From the IMG/VR virus record IMGVR_UViG_3300035208_000814: a stretch of 20,000 nucleotides of DNA; one strand, given 5' to 3'. Of the stretch, positions 1-5,881 are shown in pieces. Made by a program: the position numbers and the translations under genes. The notes below the pieces were generated by a model that saw only the letters and a list, made by a program, of their open reading frames with translations, was not told the DNA's origin and did not search any database. Origin of the DNA: an uncultured virus (IMG/VR IMGVR_UViG_3300035208_000814). Taxonomy: Duplodnaviria > Heunggongvirae > Uroviricota > Caudoviricetes. Numbering within the stretch: position 1 is the first letter of the stretch; every line of letters starts with the position of its first letter.

Positions 1-1
1 A

Positions 2-142
2 CCTGATGATACCTTATTCTCTGTAGGGGAGATAACACGTAATATTGTCGTGTGGAAAGGAGTATGGCCGGATGAAGAATACATTGGACAGATTAATTTA
101 ATGACAGATGAGTTTGATGATCATACAGGAGTTGTTAACTAA
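2..142 (+). CDS. Hypothetical protein, 3' end (partial)
   Basis: Open frame from the window edge to TAA 140-142, which overlaps the next ATG. Confidence 0.55.
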   Translation, partial: PDDTLFSVGEITRNIVVWKGVWPDEEYIGQINLMTDEFDDHTGVVN

Positions 143-579
143 TGGGATTATTTGACTGGTTAACAAACTCACCTAATTTCCAACCCGATAAAGAAATCAG
201 GTATTATACAGATTATCGTAGTAATACTTACGAGGTAGATGATTACAAATATGGGGATACTAAACTATCAAAACGTAAAGTTGGTGATGTATACCAGATA
301 GAGGTTAGGGAGTATGAGTCAGGCAAATTACACGTAGAAATTAAGAAGTCGATTGGATATGGGGGATATTGCAAAGATGCTGAAAAATGGTTTGACTCAT
401 TCAACTGTGATGATATTAAAGCCTTCTATGATGCCGTAGTTAATACCAGAATGAACAACAACATATCATGGCACGCATCATATGAATTAGGTAGATTAAA
501 TGGACAACGTATACGTGACCAGAAAGAGTTAGAAGCCAAACCATATAGAGATAGACTTAAGAGGTGTTTAAATGATTAA
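142..579 (+). CDS. Hypothetical protein, paralog of 5882-6316
   Basis: AGGAG upstream; motif FDSFNCDDIKAFYD resembles FAGFNSDDVKKFYD in 5882-6316. Confidence 0.8.
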   Translation: MGLFDWLTNSPNFQPDKEIRYYTDYRSNTYEVDDYKYGDTKLSKRKVGDVYQIEVREYESGKLHVEIKKSIGYGGYCKDAEKWFDSFNCDDIKAFYDAVVNTRMNNNISWHASYELGRLNGQRIRDQKELEAKPYRDRLKRCLND

Positions 580-865
580 ACTATACTTACTAATAGGTGC
601 ATTGCTGTTAATTGGCTGTATAGGGTATTGCCATGCCGATTCATCAAACACAATCAATGCGGCTACTCTATATAACAAAGTAGATCCAGGATTCTTACAA
701 TATGACTATGAAGCAACAGTTATGTTACAATCATTATATTGGCAAAACAAAGAGATTATTGAACTAATGAAAGAACAGAATGAATTACTACGAGAACAGA
801 ATGCAATGATGCGTAATGTAACATCACAATCACCGTTAGGATCATGGAGAGTGCATGTTGATTAA
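572..865 (+). CDS. Hypothetical protein with N-terminal signal/TM segment and coiled coil
   Basis: GAGGTG SD; hydrophobic N-terminus; heptad-like ELMKEQNELLREQN. Confidence 0.75.
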   Translation: MIKLYLLIGALLLIGCIGYCHADSSNTINAATLYNKVDPGFLQYDYEATVMLQSLYWQNKEIIELMKEQNELLREQNAMMRNVTSQSPLGSWRVHVD

Positions 866-1100
866 TAAACCCTGTACACCCGGATTAAAGTATCCAATAC
901 CAACCCCGCGTTGCTATGCTAATTATGAAAAGTGTGAAGAGTGTGAAAGTTGCATTTTATATGTGAAGTGTCTGACATTGTCGGTTGAATTAGCCTTGAA
1001 TTGTCCTGATACCCTTCAAAAACGCCGCGATTCACTCCAAGAAGAATACCGGGAGGAACTATCCCTCTGTCATGAGCACGAATCAAATCAAAAGGGTTAA
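855..1100 (+). CDS. Small Cys-rich hypothetical protein
   Basis: CY...CEECESC..C pattern; overlaps previous stop; GGAG upstream. Confidence 0.65.
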   Translation: MLINKPCTPGLKYPIPTPRCYANYEKCEECESCILYVKCLTLSVELALNCPDTLQKRRDSLQEEYREELSLCHEHESNQKG

Positions 1101-1124
1101 ATACTTTCAAGTCAATCTCTATGG
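1089..1124 (+). promoter_or_regulatory. Archaeal-type promoter driving the tRNA/ncRNA cluster
   Basis: Purine-rich BRE-like run then TTAAATA at 1097-1103; downstream ATACTTnnAAGTCAA shared with the promoter at 6646. Confidence 0.6.
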
Positions 1125-1218
1125 GTAACGTCTGATTTCGGTCAGATGAGTTCAGGCGTTCAATCCAACAGTAAAAGTAACTAATAACTACTTTTACTTT
1201 CGACAACATAATATACTT

Positions 1219-1291
1219 GGGATTATAGGGTAGTCAGGCATCCTTCCAGACTTGGACTCTGGAGACTGCGGTTCAATTCCGCGTAATCCCA
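1219..1291 (+). tRNA. tRNA-Pro(TGG)
   Basis: GGGATTA/TAATCCC acceptor; CCAGA-CTTGGAC-TCTGG anticodon arm; GGTTCAATTCC T arm. Confidence 0.93.
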
Positions 1292-1425
1292 TAGGGGAAT
1301 GACGCATTAATGGTTAATGCACACATCATCCGATAAGTATATCCTCCGTAGATATATAAGTTGCTTGTTTGTGGTCTGTCTATAGACGTATAGATGGTAT
1401 TGGTTACAGTCCAATCATTCCCCTA
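1292..1425 (+). ncRNA. tRNA-like RNA with enlarged central domain
   Basis: GGGAATG/CATTCCC acceptor; GCAT/ATGC D stem with GG loop; ATTGG-TTACAGT-CCAAT T-like arm; about 75-nt insert in place of the anticodon arm. Confidence 0.65.
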
Positions 1426-1437
1426 GTAGAAACGTAT

Positions 1438-1560
1438 GCGGGGATGGCTCAGTTTGGGAACAGCACATATCATGTCTTACTATCAATTACTAGTATTGGC
1501 AATAGAGTGAGATGGTCAGAGTGTACATAATATGCGTGGGTTCAAATCCCACTCCCTGCG
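1438..1560 (+). ncRNA. tRNA-like RNA with extended anticodon arm (or intron-containing tRNA of unresolved identity)
   Basis: GCGGGGA/TCCCTGC acceptor; GCTCAGTTTGGGAACAGC D arm; GTGGG-TTCAAAT-CCCAC T arm; long bulged hairpin instead of a canonical anticodon loop. Confidence 0.7.
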
Positions 1561-1565
1561 TTAAT

Positions 1566-1635
1566 GATTGTATCGCCAATGGTAGGCAAGCAGTCTCCAA
1601 AACTGCCGATGTGAGTTCAAGTCTTACTACAGTCA
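1566..1635 (+). tRNA. tRNA-Trp(CCA)
   Basis: GATTGTA/TACAGTC; GCAGT-CTCCAAA-ACTGC; GTGAG-TTCAAGT-CTTAC. Confidence 0.9.
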
Positions 1636-1639
1636 TTTT

Positions 1640-1712
1640 GCTAATGTAGCACAATTGGTAGTGTCCCATCCTGTTAAGATGGTGGTTGCAAGTTCGAGTC
1701 TTGTCATTAGCG
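1640..1712 (+). tRNA. tRNA-Asn(GTT)
   Basis: GCTAATG/CATTAGC; CCATC-CTGTTAA-GATGG; GCAAG-TTCGAGT-CTTGT. Confidence 0.93.
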
Positions 1713-1716
1713 TTGA

Positions 1717-1787
1717 ACATCATTAGTGTAGAGGTAGCACGATTCGTTTACACCGAATCAGAATAGGTTCGATTCCTGTATGATGTA
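1717..1787 (+). tRNA. tRNA-Val(TAC)
   Basis: ACATCAT/ATGATGT; ATTCG-TTTACAC-CGAAT; ATAGG-TTCGATT-CCTGT. Confidence 0.92.
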
Positions 1788-1859
1788 TGTCGTGTAGTAT
1801 ATTGGCTAGTATTGTGGCCTCATAAGCCACGGAAGGAAGTTCGATTCTTCCCATGACAA
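1788..1859 (+). tRNA. tRNA with CAT anticodon (Met; Ile2 not excluded)
   Basis: TGTCGTG/CATGACA; GTGGC-CTCATAA-GCCAC; GGAAG-TTCGATT-CTTCC. Confidence 0.92.
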
Positions 1860-1979
1860 TATAATAGTTACAGAGATCATAACTCTGACTATTAGAATGT
1901 ATCTTAACTACATGTCACTGTTCCTCCGTAGAATATACTGAATGGTTAAGTGGTGTTACATACCAATATCAATGTAGTA

Positions 1980-2039
1980 AGGTTGATCATTCAATTGGAT
2001 AGGATTACGTAAATCAGGGTTCAAGTCCCTGTCAACCTT
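1980..2039 (+). ncRNA. Anticodon-less tRNA-like RNA (about 60 nt)
   Basis: AGGTTGA/TCAACCT acceptor; ATTC-AATTGGATA-GGAT D arm; only 9 nt (TACGTAAAT) before the CAGGG-TTCAAGT-CCCTG T arm. Confidence 0.8.
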
Positions 2040-2040
2040 T

Positions 2041-2112
2041 GTGATTGTAAGGTAACAGTAAGCCTATCAGGTTGTGACACTGAAAGATGGAGTGCAACTC
2101 TCCACTATCACA
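2041..2112 (+). tRNA. tRNA-His(GTG)
   Basis: GTGATTG/CTATCAC (one mismatch); TCAG(G)-TTGTGAC-(A)CTGA; TGGAG-TGCAACT-CTCCA; atypical D and T loops. Confidence 0.8.
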
Positions 2113-2120
2113 TGCACTCG

Positions 2121-2340
2121 TTTCCCGATATATGTTCTGGTGCAGATTAGAAAATATATTACTCAGTATCATACGCATTTGAGTATAAATATTGAAGTAT
2201 GACGTAGCATGAGTAAACGTGATGATGACGCATGGTAACGAAATAAGAAGTCACCTTACTATATGGGCATACGCTGTATAGTTCGTAGTTCGGTATGTGA
2301 ATCTCCCGCCAGAGAGAGCAGAACCAATATGTCTGGCAAA
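2121..2340 (+). ncRNA. Unknown structured RNA, about 220 nt
   Basis: Terminal pairing GATATAT-GTTCTG (2127-2139) with CAGAAC-ca-ATATGTC (2319-2333); internal helices TACTCA/TGAGTA, TCATAC/GTATGA, GCATAC/GTATGT; bounded by tRNAs. Confidence 0.5.
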
Positions 2341-2344
2341 GTAA

Positions 2345-2417
2345 CCGTATGTAGTAGAGGGGTTAATACGATGGGCTGTAAACCTATTGACCGCAAGTTC
2401 AAATCTTGCCATACGGA
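2345..2417 (+). tRNA. tRNA-Tyr(GTA), archaeal/eukaryotic type
   Basis: CCGTATG/CATACGG (C1-G72, A73); ATGGG-CTGTAAA-CCTAT; short variable loop. Confidence 0.93.
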
Positions 2418-2502
2418 TTGTCCATATGACATTACCCTGCATGGTGATTAATCTGGATGGGTGGGGAATAAGGTGTCAAGGAATACCCATCATTATATTA
2501 GA

Positions 2503-2586
2503 GTGGTTATGCTAGAGTGGTCTATTAGGTACGGTTTAGACCCGTATGGTTTAGTACCTTCGTAAGTTCAAATCTTACTAACCACA
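2503..2586 (+). tRNA. tRNA-Leu(TAG)
   Basis: GTGGTTA/TAACCAC; TACGG-TTTAGAC-CCGTA; long variable arm. Confidence 0.92.
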
Positions 2587-2587
2587 T

Positions 2588-2654
2588 TGGTAGTAGATGG
2601 GCATAAGGTATGAGGTAGAGCCTTAAATGTACAATCTTCCTCAATCTATTACCA
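2588..2654 (+). ncRNA. Structured RNA motif, related copy at 7084-7138
   Basis: TGGTAGTAGAT/ATCTATTACCA closing stem; TGAGG/CCTCA inner stem. Confidence 0.5.
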
Positions 2655-2674
2655 TTACTTGTATAGAAAATAAA

Positions 2675-2755
2675 GGGTGTATGCCAGAGCGGTTATTGGG
2701 CCAGACTTAAGATCTGGTGGTTAGTCCTTCACAAGTTCGATCCTTGTTACACCCA
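2675..2755 (+). tRNA. tRNA-Leu(TAA)
   Basis: GGGTGTA/TACACCC; CCAGA-CTTAAGA-TCTGG; variable arm; ACAAG-TTCGATC-CTTGT. Confidence 0.93.
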
Positions 2756-2780
2756 TCAACCTTTAACTAGGTGATTAACT

Positions 2781-2912
2781 ATGTCAATTAAACTTCCACT
2801 AACATCTAAATGTAGAATATCATATGATTTAAAATATGTTTTTAAATCAAGATATGATTATAAGTGTATATTAAAGGGATGGAGAATAGGATACTTTAAA
2901 ATAGTTAAGTGA
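2781..2912 (+). CDS. Small basic hypothetical protein (43 aa)
   Basis: AGGTGA SD; MSIKLPLTSKCRISYDLKYVFKSRYDYKCILKGWRIGYFKIVK; below the ORF-track cutoff. Confidence 0.55.
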   Translation: MSIKLPLTSKCRISYDLKYVFKSRYDYKCILKGWRIGYFKIVK

Positions 2913-2917
2913 TTACT

Positions 2918-3034
2918 GTGAATACAGAAGAAAACTTACTACTACTAATATTGATGTTCTGTGTAATACCAATGATAATAGCAATTATAACAACATATTA
3001 TTATGTTAAATGGTTAAACAAGCATCACTTGTGA
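2918..3034 (+). CDS. Small single-TM protein (38 aa)
   Basis: GTG start after GTGA; MNTEENLLLLILMFCVIPMIIAIITTYYYVKWLNKHHL. Confidence 0.5.
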   Translation: MNTEENLLLLILMFCVIPMIIAIITTYYYVKWLNKHHL

Positions 3035-3040
3035 TTAATT

Positions 3041-3190
3041 ATGAGTAGAACTATAAGACATGGGGAGAGGACTTGTGGGCGATGGTGTCCGTGGTGTTAT
3101 CCCAAAGAGTCTTATAATGGTTCTATTCGTATGAGACGTAGATTACAAATACATAGAGAATTAACAGAATATTTCACTCCCGTAGTGTAA
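3041..3190 (+). CDS. Small basic Cys-containing protein (49 aa)
   Basis: GTGA upstream; MSRTIRHGERTCGRWCPWCYPK...; 3' end overlaps tRNA-Gln. Confidence 0.55.
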   Translation: MSRTIRHGERTCGRWCPWCYPKESYNGSIRMRRRLQIHRELTEYFTPVV

Positions 3191-3251
3191 CGCTGGTAAA
3201 TCATCAAAGTCTTTGAAACTTTGGACGTAGGTTCAACTCCTGCCGGGAGAA
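3176..3251 (+). tRNA. tRNA-Gln(TTG)
   Basis: CTCCCG/CGGGAG (1:72 mismatch); AAAGT-CTTTGAA-ACTTT; GTAGG-TTCAACT-CCTGC. Confidence 0.9.
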
Positions 3252-3264
3252 TTTAATAAATTAC

Positions 3265-3335
3265 TCACCTATAGAACAATGGCAGTTCACACTTCTTATA
3301 AGGGTGCTACGTGGGTTCAATTCCCTCTAGGTGAA
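3265..3335 (+). tRNA. tRNA-Ile(TAT)
   Basis: TCACCTA/TAGGTGA; GAAC/GTTC D stem; CACTT-CTTATAA-GGGTG; GGG-TTCAATT-CCC. Confidence 0.88.
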
Positions 3336-3362
3336 TGTAACCTCTAGATAGTAGGGGTTAAT

Positions 3363-3433
3363 GCACATATGGCAGATTGGATATGCGTTGGATTGCAGAT
3401 CCGATAATGTAGGTTCAATTCCTACTATGTGCT
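3363..3433 (+). tRNA. tRNA-Cys(GCA)
   Basis: GCACATA/TATGTGC with U73; TTGGA-TTGCAGA-TCCGA. Confidence 0.92.
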
Positions 3434-3436
3434 TAT

Positions 3437-3510
3437 GGGGATATAATGTAGTCTGGATTGCATACCGGACTTTTAATCCGGTTGTATGGGTTCAAGTCCC
3501 ATTATCCCCG
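3437..3510 (+). tRNA. tRNA-Lys(TTT)
   Basis: GGGGATA/TATCCCC; CCGGA-CTTTTAA-TCCGG; ATGGG-TTCAAGT-CCCAT. Confidence 0.94.
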
Positions 3511-3586
3511 TTTATAATTTTAGTATCGTTATATGACCAGTGGGAACTATCCAAATTATTTCGTAAAGTAAAACGGAGAGGTTTAA

Positions 3587-3817
3587 ATGTCAAATGAAGA
3601 GAAATATGTAGTAGTGCCAATTGAATATGATGGAGAATTAGGACAGATTGACTTTGAATCATATAGTCACTCTACCATTGAAGCCACACGGGAAGATATG
3701 GAAGAGAATATTGATCCTGATGACTATGAAAGAGTTGCAATCTGTAAAGTTATTGAAGTATTTAAGGCCGGAAAGTGGACATTAGAGGAAAAGTATTGTC
3801 CAGTGACGAAGAAGTAA
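3587..3817 (+). CDS. Acidic hypothetical protein
   Basis: GAGGT SD; ORF track; tight packing. Confidence 0.75.
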   Translation: MSNEEKYVVVPIEYDGELGQIDFESYSHSTIEATREDMEENIDPDDYERVAICKVIEVFKAGKWTLEEKYCPVTKK

Positions 3818-4018
3818 ATGGTATCTTCCATGATTAACGGTAGACTATATCGAGTATATACTGAACTTGGATGTACGATGATTGAAAACCCAATGTATAT
3901 CATTGCTAACACTCTCGTTGAAGCAGATGAAAAAATGAAGACACAATGGAGGAACTTGGGGCAAACACCACCATCTACACATTCTATTGATCTAGTTGCA
4001 AATATGGTGTATGATTAA
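3818..4018 (+). CDS. Hypothetical protein
   Basis: Abuts both neighbours. Confidence 0.65.
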   Translation: MVSSMINGRLYRVYTELGCTMIENPMYIIANTLVEADEKMKTQWRNLGQTPPSTHSIDLVANMVYD

Positions 4019-4296
4019 TGTATCAGCGTAATTATACATTCTCGCGGGATGCTAATAAAAAACAAGGTGTTATTAATGAGATTGGTGAAAACACACTAAC
4101 CATTAGTAATTTTCAACACTACACGTATATGTTAAGCCCGAAATTACTATCAATGCTTGTACCGGGAGATGAGGTATTATACAAAACTAATGCCCGAAAC
4201 AATGAATTACTATTTGTCAAGGTGATTAAATGGAACAGAAAGTTGAGGAAACAACTGAAAGAATGTACTGTCCAACCTGTAAACTACCCCGATTAA
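4018..4296 (+). CDS. Hypothetical protein
   Basis: TAATG stop/start overlap. Confidence 0.7.
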   Translation: MYQRNYTFSRDANKKQGVINEIGENTLTISNFQHYTYMLSPKLLSMLVPGDEVLYKTNARNNELLFVKVIKWNRKLRKQLKECTVQPVNYPD

Positions 4297-4385
4297 CCTA
4301 TAGAACAATTGGATGGTGGTATACATGGGTACGATGTTTCAAGTGTGATAATGCAGTAACTTGTCAGGAGATAACATATGACTAA
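4263..4385 (+). CDS. Zinc-ribbon microprotein (40 aa)
   Basis: MYCPTCKLPRLTYRTIGWWYTWVRCFKCDNAVTCQEITYD with CPxC and CxxC; fills the gap before the Nampt-family gene. Confidence 0.6.
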   Translation: MYCPTCKLPRLTYRTIGWWYTWVRCFKCDNAVTCQEITYD

Positions 4386-5706
4386 TCTATTTGATCTAAT
4401 ATACATGGCTGATGCCTACAAGTACACTCATTACAAACAGTATCCACCGGGAATACAAAATGTCTATAGTTACTATGAATCTAGGGGAGGACGTTGGCCT
4501 AACACTGTATTCTTTGGATTACAATACTTCCTAAAGCGATACCTAGTTGGGCAAGTTATAACTCAACAGATGATTGATGAAGCAGAGCCTAGTATCAATG
4601 CTGTATTTGGACATCAATACTTCAGCAGAGAAGGTTGGGAGTATATTATTGACACGTACAAGGGACGATTACCAGTTACAATTAGGGCAGTTGAAGAGGG
4701 TTCTATCAATCCAACTAGAACAGTCCTAATGAACATAGTTAATAATGACACTGAATGTTATTGGTTAACCAATTACCTTGAAACACTATTGAGCAATCTA
4801 TGGTATCCATGCACTGTAGCAACTGAATCCTATCAAATCAAAAAGTTATTACAAACCTACTATACTAAAGCAAACCAACAGATGAATGGTATAGAGTTAA
4901 ATGACTTTGGTATGCGGGGATGTAGTTGTCCAGAGCAAGCAGCCATTGGTGGTATGGCACACCTCACATCCTTCATAGGAACAGATAACATATTGGGTAT
5001 TCAAGCCGCTAAAAAGTATTACAATGCAACTCAACCCATAGGTGTTAGTGTGGCAGCAGCCGAACATAGCACGATAACAGCATGGAGTAGAGAGCGAGAG
5101 GCAGATGCATACCTAAACATGATAAGAGTCTATCCAGATGATGCTATACTCTCTCTAGTGTGTGATAGTTATGACACAGAGAATGCATTAGAGAACATCT
5201 TTGGATGGGAACTATACGAGTGGATAATGCATCACAGTGGCAAAGTAGTTATGCGCCCTGACAGTGGTGATCCATGTGCAATGTCCATGTTAACCCTAGA
5301 GAAACTTCATAATCTATTCGGTGCAGAGAAGAACAAAGCCGGATACAATGTGTTAAATCCTCATGTTGGAGTTATCTATGGAGATTCCATTGATTATGAA
5401 ACCATTAAGAAAATAATGGACAATGTAGTATTAGCGGCGAAGTATGCACCGTCTAACATTATCTTTGGTAGTGGTGGAGGACTCCTTCAAAAGTTAAACA
5501 GAGACACAAATCAATACGCATTTAAATGCAGTGCAGTTAGAGTGTATGATAAGTGGGAAGATGTTTGTAAAACCCCAATTACTGATCCCAATAAGAGAAG
5601 TAAAGCCGGGAGAGTTGGAGAGGACTTACCAATAGTCTTTGACAGTGGTAAACTATTACGTGAAACAACATTCGATGAGATTAGAAAGAAGTTGGAAGTG
5701 ACATAG
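4378..5706 (+). CDS. nadV: Nicotinamide phosphoribosyltransferase family protein (Nampt/NadV-like)
   Basis: ADAYKYTHYKQYP, WYPCTVAT, DFGMRG, AAEHS, SLVCDSYD, RPDSGDP, FGSGGGLLQ motifs. Confidence 0.92.
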   Translation: MTNLFDLIYMADAYKYTHYKQYPPGIQNVYSYYESRGGRWPNTVFFGLQYFLKRYLVGQVITQQMIDEAEPSINAVFGHQYFSREGWEYIIDTYKGRLPVTIRAVEEGSINPTRTVLMNIVNNDTECYWLTNYLETLLSNLWYPCTVATESYQIKKLLQTYYTKANQQMNGIELNDFGMRGCSCPEQAAIGGMAHLTSFIGTDNILGIQAAKKYYNATQPIGVSVAAAEHSTITAWSREREADAYLNMIRVYPDDAILSLVCDSYDTENALENIFGWELYEWIMHHSGKVVMRPDSGDPCAMSMLTLEKLHNLFGAEKNKAGYNVLNPHVGVIYGDSIDYETIKKIMDNVVLAAKYAPSNIIFGSGGGLLQKLNRDTNQYAFKCSAVRVYDKWEDVCKTPITDPNKRSKAGRVGEDLPIVFDSGKLLRETTFDEIRKKLEVT

Positions 5707-5880
5707 ATGAAACGATGGGTGACTATTAGAAACAAATGTGAGTATGCCGACATTATAACAGGTGTATGCAGAGTTAAGAAATCTAATGTACATTGCAGCC
5801 CGGAGAGGATTGCAGAGTTAAATTGTGAGAGTAGAATTGCTCGCATGGAATATCTAAATGAAGAAGTAACAGAGGGATAA
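5707..5880 (+). CDS. Small Cys-rich hypothetical protein (57 aa)
   Basis: ATG directly after the Nampt stop; four spaced Cys; ends 1 nt before the next ATG. Confidence 0.55.
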   Translation: MKRWVTIRNKCEYADIITGVCRVKKSNVHCSPERIAELNCESRIARMEYLNEEVTEG

Positions 5881-5881
5881 T

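Noticed and set aside
3265..3335. tRNA(TAT) as a dedicated initiator for ATA starts
   Set aside because: Lacks the three G-C pairs of initiator anticodon stems
1490..3597. ORF-track calls at 1490-1723, 2251-2442, 2263-2451 and 3361-3597
   Set aside because: They overlap tRNA genes and are shadow ORFs
4296..4309. 14-nt match ACCTATAGAACAAT to the 5' part of tRNA-Ile (att site or tRNA remnant)
   Set aside because: Lies within a plausible zinc-ribbon ORF; no T arm follows and no integrase is in the window
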